Origin: Syncephalis fuscata S228
Lineage: Eukaryota > Fungi > Zoopagomycota
Assembly: GCA_025786725.1 (NCBI GenBank)
Contig: JAHLTZ010000021.1
Location: 310,001-374,000, forward strand
DNA length: 64,000 bases
Direction of reading: 5' to 3'
Shown here: one piece after another, positions 37,723 through 51,166 of the stretch
Layout: each line of letters opens with the position of its first letter
Numbering within the stretch: position 1 is the first letter of the stretch
Program-made: the position numbers and the translations under genes
The notes under the pieces: model-generated
Told to the model about the DNA's origin: nothing
The model's input: the letters and a program-made list of their open reading frames with translations, nothing else
The model's database searches: none

Positions 37723-37818
37723 TTGAATACACTAATAAATAGGCTAATTGCCTTATTAGCTATATTGATTTATTTTCGTGTTGTTATTACAGATCTCTTT
37801 TATTTCCTTTTATTGGCC

Positions 37819-38826
37819 ATGAGTAACTCACATAAACGTGTAAAGGTAGCGTTCTAGTTATGCTGCTTATTAAGCTGAAGCCGACCAACGAAATAAACAA
37901 CTACTCTACGTGACTAGGGCGTAACGATAAGCCGGCCGATCGTCTTTGGTAATGTTGCCACGCCATTGCCTAAAGTCAAGACAAACGAGTCCGACCACAC
38001 GCATCGCTGGACGGTTCAAGTGCGTGGTATTGGTGATACCGATCTATCGGGTTATTTGCATAGCGTGACATTCATACTACACGAGACTTATGCAAATCCA
38101 CGTCGAGGTAAGTAAAAGGGCGAGTAAATCTATGCTGCTTTATATTTAATGTTTAATGAGCCATTATTGATCAATGCGAATAATAGAAATTACTGAACCG
38201 CCTTACGAGGTCACGGAAACAGGCTGGGGAGAGTTTGATGTAGGCATTCATATACAATTTCCGGCGAGACGGCCGAGAAGCCAGTTACATTCTATCATCA
38301 TTTGCGTTTGCATCCATATGAAGATGACTATGCGGTTGCATCAACAAGTACACCCACTAATAAGAAGAAAGATGTACAAGCATGGTGCTATGATGAATTG
38401 GTAATTGTACAGACGGAATGATGGAGAACATAGGAAAAATAGATGGATTGACAAGCTAACAAATGATGTATTATTATGCTTGTAATCCTTAGATATTCCA
38501 TGAGCCAACCGAGGCAATGTATCAATTGTTAACGGCACATACAGGCTCACCATTGCCGGAACGACGTGTTGGTCATCGCTACTGGAGTAGGTGATATGCA
38601 TTTGTTCTGTTAAATAATTGTGTAAATAAGTGAATTAATTCGCCGTATTTAATTATAAATAGGTGTACAAACAGAAAACGAAGAATTACAACGGTTAGCA
38701 GATGCACAAAATAAAATCAATAGTCAAATTGAAGAGTATCAAAAACGTATGGCAACTGCTCAAGATGATATTGTACGGTTAAAACGAGAATTGCCGGCAT
38801 TAGGATCGACAGATAAAACAGTGTAA
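37819..38826 (+). CDS. YAF9: YEATS-domain NuA4/SWR1 subunit
   Basis: KRVK/GVTISRPIVFGN, DHTHRWTV, F.LHETYANP.R, PPYEVTETGWGEF, HHLRLHPY, C-terminal coiled coil. Apparent frameshift ~38260. Confidence 0.92.
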
Positions 38827-39069
38827 TTGAATAAACCATTGTAGTACACGTATTGTATTTTGTATGGTGTAAATATTATATAGTTTATAATTCAAATCGT
38901 GTTTCCTCTATTTTGCAGCACACTAATGGGAAAACACGAGGAAAAGGACAGAGACAACGAAAGAGAACAAATAATAAATGAAACTAAGAACGATAGTAGA
39001 AGTGCGACGCAACAGCAACAGCAGCAATAATGAAATCAATGAATGAGTGTTAGTGATTTAGAGCAAGTA

Positions 39070-41978
39070 TTAAATGTCAGAACCATCTTCAATTAACGCA
39101 ACCAATTCCTTCGTATGTTTGGCAATCTCAAATGCGGCACCGGCCAATGCTTGTTTTGACGATTTATCAGCCGGTCCATCCAATGGATACGTTTCTTTTA
39201 ATTCGTATAAACGCCGGTTGCTTTGATCCAGATTGGTTAATACTTGTTCGCCTTCCATACGGAAATCGGTACCGGTTGGACTGTTAAAGGTACGTCGACT
39301 TGCCCCGATAACATCGTCAACCGTCGTGCGAATGGCCAAGACGGCTTCATTTAATTCTTGAGCATCAGCCCGTGGTGCACGAATCAATCCCAACAAGGTA
39401 TGAATAGCTTGGACAATTTCATCAGTACGCTGTTCCAAATAGACCTATAAATAAAGAGTAAAGATTAGCATTACTACTTGCGATATGGATTGAATAGTGC
39501 TTTGTCATTACCTTCAAATCTTCCACGTCATAGACAATGACCTGGGCACGCGACAGAGAGGATGGAGGTGACATTGCATTGGCTCGTTGAGCCGTCGATA
39601 CACCATTTGATTGCCATGAAGTGCGTCGACTACGTGCTGGGCTATTGTTGTAGGGTGTACTGCCATTAGATCTATTTTCATAGGCTGCTTGTATATCGGA
39701 TCCATAGCCGGTCGATGAGTTGCCTTCATCGATTGGACTTAGAATACCATTGCCGACATGTTTGGCCGTCGATGCATTAATGTGCAGCATGCGCACCATA
39801 GCCACTACATTGCCTGTAACTTCGGAGGCAGCGGCATCTACAATACCCGCTGGTGAAACACCGCCTGCCGTAATATGATTACGCACTGCAGTAACCAGTA
39901 TATTTAACGCGCCACCCAGACGTGATTTCACATCTGGCAAAGGAGTACGATCGGGACCGGGCCGGTTACTCTGCTCATAAACTTCGACATCTTGCAGTAG
40001 ACCCTTGCAAGCTAAAACAACGGCTTTCATCGCTAACAAGCATTGGTTGGCCGTCTCCGATCTAATACGTAATTAATAGTCCGTACATAACAAATATCCC
40101 TTTTAACATATCCATTGTTCCAATGGCCGTTGTTACTTACCGAATAGCCCGTAATAACGAGTCAACGCCTAATTGGAATGAGGTAACGTGAGACTGTTCA
40201 AGTACACCGTCGTCAGTCGGTTGTAATAGTCCTTGTTCGGTAAAGTCCATCTTTGGATTGTCACGAATATACGTAGAAGTAGCTGTAATAACAGGCTATT
40301 TAATGCACAGTTACTAATTAATAGTCCACAATAATTTACCTTTAATGGCTCGCAATTCTCTTCGTGCCTCCTCCAATGAACGTCGTAGTGTTTTATTCTA
40401 CAAACATCAATCAGTAAAGTATAATCAATCATTTTTAATAATATACCTCGTTAGTAATTTCTTTAATGGTTGCCTCATACTCCTCTCGTTCAGTGTTAAT
40501 CTCTTCGTTTTTTAATGATAGCTCACGAATCGATGCCATTAACGTCTCTGTTTCATCTCGAAGTGATCCGGAATTCTAATTAGTGCTTTGTGTAAATATT
40601 CTATAAATATACATATTAATCTGAGATAATTACCTGATGTTGTGCTTCTAACTCTTCATGTAGCGAATTGTAATCTGCTTGAAGTCGTCGCAAATCTGCT
40701 TGTAGCCGATTATTGGCCTAATATTGTGTTGGTAATCGCATCTCTACTATACTACTACTCTATAACTACTTACCTCTTGATGATGAGCTACTTCATCTTC
40801 CAAGGCACGTAGTTTTGTTGAGTTAATATCATCCACAGTAGCCTATATTATTTAATAATATAAATATGGTATATTATTAGTTATCTATCGCAATATGCTA
40901 ATTCCATTTCGTTACTACCTACCGCTAAACGAGATTCCAAATCGCGTATTTGTTGCTGCATCATTTTCACCTGTGCCTCGTATGATTCTTTCATTTTAGC
41001 CATGAGTTCCTGTGTCTATTATTGCAAAAATTAGTATAAATTGCACTCATTAATCTATTACTATCTAATTACACTATCAATATCTCCAGCCGACTAGTTA
41101 TTTAAATAAGTATGGCTATTTAAATATATCATTTTTAATATTCTTACCTCGCCTCCGTCTTTTTTCTTGTTAACCATGCCAGCCATTTCATGCATAAGAT
41201 CATCCAGCGAGTCTAAATTGACCGATTGACCATTGCTGGTGGGACGTGGGTGTACCGTATATTCAAGTACACCACTATCATCCATGACAGCCTCAGCACG
41301 TTCAGGTACTACAATGCCATGTACAGCGACACCTTCCAACGAGTTTACTGCCTGAGGATTGTCGTTTTTATGGCTCTGTGGCGCAGTACCCAGGGCAGAT
41401 CGATCTACATCTGACTGTTCGGGTGATCCACCTCCATTAGTCTGTGTAAACCAGTTAGCCTATTAATATTTTATATTAATTGTTATATCTACCGAAAACT
41501 GATTGCCAATCTCGCGATTAAAGTGTGGATAGCGTCGATCCAATTCAGCAAATACATCACTAGCCAAATCTTTAAATCTTGTTTTGGGTAATGTTGCCAA
41601 TTTTTGACGTGCTTGGTTTCGCTTTGGATGAAATTCGCTTTTTACTTCGAGAAACGGTACTGTAACAATACCTGTAAGCAGGAATAGCACAGCAATTACA
41701 AACGGTACTTACTTTTAGGATCGTTGTTTTCTCGTCGAACGAGTTCGTCGTAAACATCCGTTGACAGCTCTTGGAACTGCTGTTGGGTCAAGCGAACCAG
41801 CTTTTCGCGTGCTGATCTACGCTGGGTACTCACGCCATTTCTTTCTAATAAACAGTAGAGATAAATTTTGTCTGTTCTCTCGACTAGTGGCTCAATGTTC
41901 AAACGTACCTTTAAGTAAATGCTGGTAAAGATAGCGCTTAAGGCTTATATAGTGTGTTTTGGCTACTTCAATCGACAT
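39070..41978 (-). CDS. SPA2: Spa2/GIT-like cell-polarity scaffold, multi-exon
   Basis: Two Spa2-homology repeats (AREKLVRLTQQQFQELSTDVYDELVRR; KRNQARQKLATLPKTRFKDLASDVFAELDRR), coiled coil, and GIT1_C-like end AFEIAKHTKELV. Confidence 0.85.
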
Positions 41979-43305
41979 GCTGGCCAATGAATTGTCAATA
42001 TTGCAAAAAAAGACAAGTGTATCAAAGTCTACTAATAGATGCTATAAATACCACTCCCAGTACCGTTTATCGATAGTGATGAGGCTATACAATGTTTATA
42101 TACCGTAGTAGCCAGCGCTGATGAAAACGAAGATGGAGCGAAAGGAACTGCGTGTGAACTCAACTGCACACTAAGCACCCAAGCACACAGACACGTGGGT
42201 CCGATAAAGCTATAGACCTGGCCTGCCAGTCCTGCACAGCGGCCGTAAGTAATTGAATAATAGTTTGTGACGCTGCTTGGCAAGGTAGGCTAGTATGAAG
42301 GTTCAATTACAGTAGAATATTACCAGTGATGGTAAATAGTACTGCAATTGAATTAAGGCTCGACTAGACTGATACAACTTTGCAAAGTGTTGGATATCGC
42401 GTGGTTCAATAGTAAAAGTGGAAATTGAATAGTGCTTGATACGTCAATAAATAATGGGTTCAAGTGGAAATGGTAAAGGTAGAAAGATTAAATAAAGGCA
42501 CAAGTAAGGCGGTGACAATATTTAAGGCACCGAAACGGGATATGAAATGAAACAATCGATAAGTTACAGTGCATAATGAAGATAATCGAGTACTGTTTGG
42601 TTAAATCTATTGATGATCGCCTCCTTCAACAATTAAATAAATGACAATTGGCGGTTTTACTTATATTGTAATATTGGCTTGTATACCTTTGTATTGTATC
42701 CATTAATCGACCATAAAAGTAATGCTGTGTGAATGGTAAATCTATTGTGTCCAGTAAAATCCCTGTTTGACATGTAACATGGTACAACTATTACTGCATT
42801 ATTGTAACGATGTAGCAGTTTATTTTATTTTTTTCAACGATATACTTGTACCAATCGATCACGAAATATCATGCAAGCAAATTTAGTTATTTTAAATAAT
42901 AATCTAGTGGTTTAAATTACAGTTAAATTGGTAAACTATCAGCTATTATTAATAAACCTGTATTTATTCAATGTATATATGTTATTTTATATTAATGAAT
43001 AGATAGCATTGTTAATGATTATTTAAACAAGTTGGGTGCATTAATGTTAAATATAACTTCTGTGGCACCATGTGCACTTTTCAATGAATCACATTTTTAA
43101 TTTTATAGTGGTATTGTAAACCATATTTATAAATTTGACATATACTAGTATTCATTCGCTTACTATTTATTCAGAATATAAATTAAGTCAATGTTTAAAT
43201 CAGATATACCTGAATTAATGTAAATTAAACTTGGGATACATAGTATATTATCAAATAGTATTTCTAATACCAATAAAATAGTATAATTAATGATATTTGT
43301 ATTTA

Positions 43306-44871
43306 TTAACACGAAACATCAACTATTTTATAGCCATCTTTGGAATGCATAACAAGTGCATTTGTTGTGTTTGATTCCACCGATGCGATAGCCAACAATT
43401 CAGCATCTACAATACCAAGTCGTTTGCTATTAGTCGGCTGAATCAAATCAATTATTTTAGTATGTTCCCCTGTAGGTGTATAAACAACAAGGTTTTGAAT
43501 TTTACAAAGTTTTGATATATACCAATCAAAACGTGGCATTATTGACTCCAATACTTCCATATTAATTTGTGACAACATGGTACCATCAGATAAACTGTAT
43601 ATAGACAATCCCTTTGAAGCTATTATTGCTATGGCATTGGAAGTAATAATTGGTATAGCACTAATAACCTCGATATAATGCGACCAAACAGGCTTCTGAT
43701 TATTCGTGAATTGATTTGGATTGTTGCAATTAGTCGAAATCACTGCAAGACTTAACACTTCGCTGTTTACTTCATTTGCTGCTTCATTGAAACCACACGC
43801 AACAGTTTTTACAACAAGTACACGATCGTCATCCAGTCTTTCTACAGGGCAACAAAGATCAAACGAGTATGTAATGATAAATTTGCCTTGTGTCAAACAT
43901 TGAGGATTGTCTTCTAGCTGGCAAACAGAAAATTGCCATACACTCCAATAGACAGTTTGAAAAGTATCAATTGCATCTGTATACGCATAAAATACAGTAG
44001 CGGTGTCTTCAGTGGCTTGTTGTACAAATGATGTCCCTTTGATGTTCTGTATATTTCCCAGACATATTTGCCGAGTAGCCATATCAAATACACGAGTTGT
44101 CGATAGTGGCGGTAATTTGGTATTTATATTTTTTTCAATATAATTAAATAACAACCAGCGGCCGCGAATAGATATTCCTCTATTGCATAAATAAGGAACA
44201 GAGTATGGCTGTATTGTTGATACTCGATGTATTGGCCAGATAAGAACACTGCATGATGTTCCATAAATATTGATGTATTCATTTGTTTTTTTAAAAACAG
44301 CTACGACAAATTTGTCTGATACTAAAAATTGCTCCACATTGACTGTTGGATCAAATCCATCACAGCATACTTTGCGTAAGCGCCAGAATTGCTGGTGTTT
44401 TGGTTTCCCTATTGGTTGGCACTGCTCAATAACACCACATTCTCCCAATATACGATTATTATTGCTTATACGCTGCAATACTATAACCTGATCACTGTCC
44501 GATGTATCTTCGACTATGTCATATATCGGATATGGCTTGTCTCGTAGCCAGTTGGCACTGGTGGCACGTCGATGACAGAATGCACGAAACCAGTTGATAT
44601 CATGGTCATTCAGCTGGGTGACATCAATCGCCGTGTTGCTTGTTGCTGCCAGTGCGCCAGACACTCGCAGTGTGCGTACGTACCACGACAGCCACTGCAC
44701 TTCGTCGTCGTCTTTAAACGTGTAGTGCTGTATATATCGCTGTCGCCATACACGCTGCTGTATACCAACACACTGCCACAGCCACTGAGAGCACGACGCA
44801 AACAGCACCAGCGACTTGTCGTCGGCAAACACCGCAAGTCGCTCAACAACAGGTACAGGGATATGCTGCAT
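43306..44871 (-). CDS. F-box-like family protein, copy 5 (intact 521 aa)
   Basis: Uninterrupted intronless ORF with the family N-terminus and YKIVDVSC end. Confidence 0.85.
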   Translation of the reverse strand: MQHIPVPVVERLAVFADDKSLVLFASCSQWLWQCVGIQQRVWRQRYIQHYTFKDDDEVQWLSWYVRTLRVSGALAATSNTAIDVTQLNDHDINWFRAFCHRRATSANWLRDKPYPIYDIVEDTSDSDQVIVLQRISNNNRILGECGVIEQCQPIGKPKHQQFWRLRKVCCDGFDPTVNVEQFLVSDKFVVAVFKKTNEYINIYGTSCSVLIWPIHRVSTIQPYSVPYLCNRGISIRGRWLLFNYIEKNINTKLPPLSTTRVFDMATRQICLGNIQNIKGTSFVQQATEDTATVFYAYTDAIDTFQTVYWSVWQFSVCQLEDNPQCLTQGKFIITYSFDLCCPVERLDDDRVLVVKTVACGFNEAANEVNSEVLSLAVISTNCNNPNQFTNNQKPVWSHYIEVISAIPIITSNAIAIIASKGLSIYSLSDGTMLSQINMEVLESIMPRFDWYISKLCKIQNLVVYTPTGEHTKIIDLIQPTNSKRLGIVDAELLAIASVESNTTNALVMHSKDGYKIVDVSC

Positions 44872-45283
44872 ACTAAATGACTAAATAGAACAAAGAACAA
44901 ACAGCAATCAATGTGACCTATGCCGCGTATATATGGGTGCTGTCGTGTAACAACGTGTGTTGCTACATTATATTCAGCATTGTATTGAAACTAGTATAAA
45001 TAATTATTTGTAGATTGTATTTGAATATAGCAAATATGCTAAACACATCGTTTGATACTTTCCATTAGAATCTGTAATAATAAAATGGCAGAGTAAACTA
45101 AAGGCAACAATGGTTTATTTGCATAATAAACATACACTGTAAACTATACTATTAAGCAATAATTACTTTAAAATAATGCAGTGTATTTTAAATTAGCCTA
45201 GATTGCATACTTGATTATCTAAACAATAAATAAATGAATTAAAAGCAGTAATAAAATAATATACTAAACAATATTTGTATTTA

Positions 45284-46852
45284 TTAACACGAAACATCAA
45301 CTATTTTATAGCCATCTTTGGAATGCATAACAAGTGCATTTGTTGTGTTTGATTCCACCGATGCGATAGTCAGCAATTCAGCATCTACAATACCAAGTCG
45401 TTTGCTATTAGTCGGCTGAATCAAATCAATTATTTTAGGATGCTCTCCTATAGAAGTATAAACAATAAGGTTTTGTATTTTACTCTTATTTTCTAAACTA
45501 TATGAAAAATAGCGCGGCAATATTGGACTTAATATTTCTGCATTGATTTGGTATAAAATAGTACCGTCTACCAAATTGTAAATGCACCATTTTTCAAAGG
45601 ATATAATAGCAATTTTGTTAAGAGATGTAAGCGCTTTCCATTTACTGATCTTAATATAATGCGACCAAATAGGTTTTTGATTATCCATGGATTGATTTGA
45701 ATTGTCGCAATTAGTCGAAATTACTGCAAGACTTAACACTTCGCTGTTTACTTCGTTCGCCGATTCATTAAAACCACCCATGGCAGGTTTTACAACAAGT
45801 ACACGCTCGTCATCCAGTCTTTCTACAGGGCAACGAAGATCAAACAAGTATGTAATAATAAATTTGCCTTGTGTCAAACATTGAGGATTGTCTTCTAGCT
45901 GGCAAACAGAAAATTGCCATACACTCCAATAGACAGTTTGAAAAGTATCAATTGCATCTGTATACGCATAAAATACAGTAGCGATGTCTTCAGTGGCTCA
46001 TTGTATAAATGATGTTCCGTTGCTATTCTGTATACTTCCCATGCACATTTGCCGAGTAGCCATATCAAATACACGAGTTGTCGATAGTGGCAGTAATTTG
46101 GTATTTAAACTTCTTTTAGTATGATTAAATAATAACCAGCGGTTACGAATAAACGTTTCTCTATTGCATAAATAAGGAGCAGAATATGGCTGTATTGTTG
46201 ATACTCGGTGTATTGGCCAGATAAGAACATTGTACGGTGTCTCGAAAGGATCGATGTATTCATTTGTTTTTTTAATGACAATTACGACAAATTTGTCTGA
46301 TACTAAAAATTGCTCCACATTGACTGTTGGATCAAATCCATCACAGCATACTTTGCGTAAGCGCCAGAATTGCTGGTGTTTTGGTTTCCCTATTGGTTGG
46401 CACTGCTCAATAACACCACATTCTCCCAATATACGATTATTATTGCTTATACGCTGCAATACTATAACCTGATCACTGTCCGATGTATCTTCGACTATGT
46501 CATATATCGGATATGGCTTGTCTCGTAGCCAGTTGGCACTGGTGGCACGTCGATGACAGAATGCACGAAACCAGTTGATATCATGGTCATTCAGCTGGGT
46601 GACATCAATCGCCGTGTTGCTTGTTGCTGCCAGTGCGCCAGACACTCGCAGTGTGCGTACGTACCACGACAGCCACTGCACTTCGTCGTCGTCTTTAAAC
46701 GTGTAGTGCTGTATATATCGCTGTCGCCAAACATGTTGTTGTATACCAACACACTGCCACAGCCACTGAGAGCACGACGCAAACAGCACCAGCGACTTGT
46801 CGTCGGCAAACACCGCAAGTCGCTCAACAACAGGTACAGGGATATGCTGCAT
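45284..46852 (-). pseudogene. F-box-like family, copy 6, with in-frame premature stop
   Basis: IQR codon CGA of copies 1-3 is TGA at 45998-46000; the downstream frame stays open to YKIVDVSC*. Confidence 0.65.
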
Positions 46853-47213
46853 ACTAAATGACTAAATAGAACAAAGAACAAACAGCAATCAATGTGACCT
46901 ATGCCGCGTATATATGGGTGCTGTCGTGTAACAACATGTGTGCTCGTAACCAATCATACTAATAAAATGATTTATGTACTACAATGATAATTGCAAAGTT
47001 TAGCTATTTAAATTATGAATATTTTATATATAAACAGTTTGCTTTATTATGCATAGTTATTTAACCAAATAATAGATAACAATTACAACACTCATCCTAA
47101 TATTGTTTGAAAACATGTTTTATTTAACTACAATTTATGTAATTATTAACTTTTTCGTAAAGTAATAGTTTATACGGCATGGAACAAATCTGCAAGATTT
47201 CTTTAAATTTTCT

Positions 47214-48226
47214 AATATCTCTCTTCATCAGCATCATTTGGATATAAAAGTTTGTAATAATTTTTTTTAAAACTGTTGTTCAGTGATGGAAGCATATGTT
47301 TTTCTATTTCATTTATCCAACGGGGCGATTCCTTGATATATGTGTTTACAAATCCTTTAATTAACACGACCTTGTGCATTAATGCATATTTTATCTAATA
47401 AAAATAAGTATTATGTTGAGTTAGTTGCTTATTTAACTTACCTGTCATAACCACGCTGTAAGTTAGTCCAATACTTTGCAAGTAGCGTAAGCCTACATTA
47501 ATGCTAGTTAGCTTTTTGGTACAGCATCAAAATACATACCAGCTGCAGTTTGTCTTATAACAAGTTTTGACAAGGCTTTTTTATTTGGCACTCTTCCGAG
47601 AAATATTTTCTTCAAAAACTTTATCAAATGTCTTATCACAGCGATCCAAAGTGACATAGCAGGTGTGGTCTCTTACGGAAAAGTGCATAATCGGCTCAGC
47701 AACGTATGCTTTTCCTGATGTAACTGGTGTTCTTGAAGAAGAGGAAGTAGCTAAATTTGTCGAAGAAGATTGATGATCTATAAAATGCTTTTATTAAAAC
47801 TGGTTAGCTAACTCATACTATAATGTGCATCGTCATTTTCACACGTAACCAGAACATCTTTATTTTTGTATGATCCTTTTCCGTAATGGATTCCATCGCC
47901 AGGTTTCAATAAATCAAAGATTTTGATATTACGCTAAACAAACGGACTTTCGTCGTTCACCGGATAATCAAGAAATGGGATTTCGGCTATTTAGTGTTAA
48001 TAAATCGTTGTAGGTATATATTTAAATAAAACTCGCGAGGACTACTTCTATCTATGTGGCCAGTCAATGCAACAACATCTTGAGCAGCTGAATGCAGCAT
48101 TATTGCAATAGTAGCAAAAGTAGAAATAATTTGAAGTCCAAACACTGCTATGGAATAATATAATCGTCCAATAAAAGCTTGATCTAAGTTTGTATTTATG
48201 AAAAGCAAGAGAAGTGTAGGGAGCAT
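47214..48226 (-). CDS. Putative secreted/membrane pseudokinase-like protein (possibly disrupted)
   Basis: Hydrophobic N-terminal segment. Spliced reading YVAEPIMHF..DHTCYV...KLVIRQTAAG/LRYLQSIGLTYSVVMT/DKICINAQGRV(L)IKGF parallels kinase subdomains IV-VII but lacks HRD and DFG. Several frame breaks. Confidence 0.45.
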
Positions 48227-48737
48227 AGAAAAAACAATTTAGAGACCATCGAACTTTATAGCAAAAGCTATGATGCGTGATATTTTTTATTTTACTAAAT
48301 AGTATAGTGCTGTCATGCTAGAAGATTTGCAAAGAAAATTACAGTACATGGTACTCACGTTTGATATACTTTAATAAGTAGCTGTGTTTATTTTCAAATG
48401 GCTAAATAAACAAAATAAATATCAACTGAGAATTTGATCAAAAATAGCAGGAAAAAACTACATTATGCTATTTGCATTTATTTAATTCCAGAATTAGCAT
48501 TACTATATATAATAGAAGCAATTTACGTTTTCCGTGGCAACTACTTAGATTAGCAATACATCATTTATTTTTTTCTAATCTCATTGTCATCCGATTTTCA
48601 ATAAATTTGTATATATTTATAGAATCTTTGTTAAGTTCAGTATCAATCTAGTAAATTGGAATAACATTAGACCAATAAGCATTGTAACCAAATAGATATA
48701 AAGATTTATCCAACAATCAAACAACATTTAAACCATA

Positions 48738-50441
48738 CTAAATTAAAGAGTCCCATCCTTGCATAGTTGATGGAAAACTAGTATTTCCAGTATTCGAAGT
48801 AGCTACACCCGTATTTCCTAATTGTCCGGTCATTTGTCCTAATGATGCCTGAGGCTTTTGCTGTGCCAACGATGCCAATGAAGGACCAGTTGAAGTGGTC
48901 TTTTTTGTAGTTGCACCAAGCGAATCAAGTGACACAAGTGTTGAATTGGGCGACCAAAGATCGTCCAGACTTAAACCGCCTCCGCTCTTTTTCGACGTCT
49001 TATCATCCATTAATAAACGTTGTGCTATTTACTTACTTGATCTACCTACCTCTTGGCTTGATGGAGGATTGCTTGCTGTAAATGGTGTGGAGACCATTGG
49101 ACTTATACTGCTTGTATTGCCAATGCTTAAATTGCCAAAATCCGATAATAGCGGTGCTGCATTATTACTACTGGTAGTGGGTGCAATAGATGCAAATGGA
49201 TCAAACGAACCAAATACATCATTATCATTATTGTTATTATTACCAAAAGTATTTGGTGTAGCAGTTTGAAAGTCCGTAAATTCATCTATCATATACAATC
49301 TAGTTCGTAAATATTATAATTTGACACAATGAACTTACCATCATCAGCACCAGCACTAGATTGAAAATTGCCCCAATCATCATCGTCACCATTCTGGTTA
49401 TTAACGACCAAGTTAGTAGCAGTAGTCGTCGTTGTCGTGGGTGTTGGTTCAGCATCAAAATCAAGTAGCAAATCTATACCTGCTCCATTAGAAGGAGCAC
49501 TAGATGTGTTTGCTTTTGTCTCTTTTTGTTTATCCACTGTAGTTTTTTTACTAGGTGAGTTCTTAGCTGCACGAGCCGTTGCTGCTGCTCCGGCTGCTAC
49601 TGCTGCTGCCGATGGTGTTGATGTACTAGCAGTATCACTTGAATCACGTTGTCCATCACGCGATGCAAAATATGATTCACTGCTAAAACCTTGATAACGT
49701 GAACTGGAACTACTGGCCATCCCACCACTAGAGAATGACGATGAGGATACACCGCGGTATTTGGCCCGATTGGCCTTTGCTTTGGTTCGTTCATCACGAA
49801 TCATATCTTCATCCATAAGCAATTTTACCAATTCTTTGGCCCGATTACGCACTAAAACACAACTAATAAGTCACTATCCATATTAATTACTGTTTACTTA
49901 CCATTAATACCCTGATCTTTGCCATCATCATCAATATAATTAAAGCTACGCATAGATTTCAACAGCGATAATCGACCCCGACAGTCATCAATGACCCGTT
50001 CGGCACCGTTTTTAACCAGAAATTCAATCAAAACTAAACTCTGTAGCCATACAAGTTATAATGGCAACTTTTATATAAATGTGCTTCATTACCTTATAGA
50101 TTTGCCGCCATTCATGTGGCTCCTTTTCTCGAAAGCGTCTATAAATAAACGGCATAACTTCGTTAAACTGCTGACTGTTTTCGTATTAGTAGCATTTCTT
50201 AGCAATACATATTAACCTACTAATTGTAAGTGCCTTGGGCAATCTCTTGCATCAATGTACTAGATGCGCCCCACGGGTCGTTGTTGGTTGCCTCGCGAAC
50301 CTTGGCCTCCATCTCGGTCAGGTTAAGCACGGCATTCTTACTGGATAGCCGATGACGGCAGCAGTTAGAAGATAGCTATGGTGTAGATAGAAGACCAACT
50401 TACACCTTGTTGAACATATCCTTTACCTCCCAAAGCGACAT
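48738..50441 (-). CDS. ENT3: ENTH-domain epsin-related clathrin adaptor
   Basis: KNAVLNLTEMEAKVREATNNDPWGASSTLMQEIAQGT, DQGIN/VRNRAKEL, DLLLDF and DDDDWGNFQS motifs. Confidence 0.88.
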
Positions 50442-51166
50442 GGTGAATTAAGCGATGGTAAACTTGCCAATAAGAAGTAGACGGCAAATAAGATGTAAAG
50501 CAAAGTACCAAATATATATAAATGGTAGATTGGTAAACAAAGGCTATAACCAAAGAAATAGCAGTGAAAGAGTTACGCGTCGGTGATATCAAGGGATTGT
50601 TAATTCAAATGATGCCTGTCTATATTTGTTAGTTTGACTTCATACTACACTCCTTTTATGGGGAATTCACTTTTATTGTATTAATATACAGCTTCTACTA
50701 ATCAAAAGATATTAATAAAAGTTGTTTATTATTAACTGTATTTATTGTATCATTATATCATTATATCACTATATTATCCTTTTAATTAGCATATATATAT
50801 TTAATAAAAACAAATAAAATAATACTCTTATTAAAGACCATTATATTAATATTAATAATAAAGATAATGATGACGATTATTACACTTGTCTCTACCCAAT
50901 TCACAGAACACTGCCATGCCATAACCGTATCTACTTTGGTTCCATCTCGTATTTCTCCTGGATACTTCTACTGTCAACCGTCTCACTATCCGTACTCTAC
51001 TACATCCGACCTTCTTCTTTCTTTAACAACATCATTTCTCTTTATAACTAGGCGTCAATTGTTTATTTTGTATTAGTTGTGGTGAATTCACGTTCAACGG
51101 CCATTATAGCGTCCGTGTAGTTGTTATTAGTGCGACAGTGACCTATTCGTGTCTAGCACGGTTAGA

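Noticed and set aside
42032-42283. 83-aa ORF upstream of the SPA2-like gene
   Set aside because: TTG start and no recognisable motif; probably 5'UTR or intron sequence.
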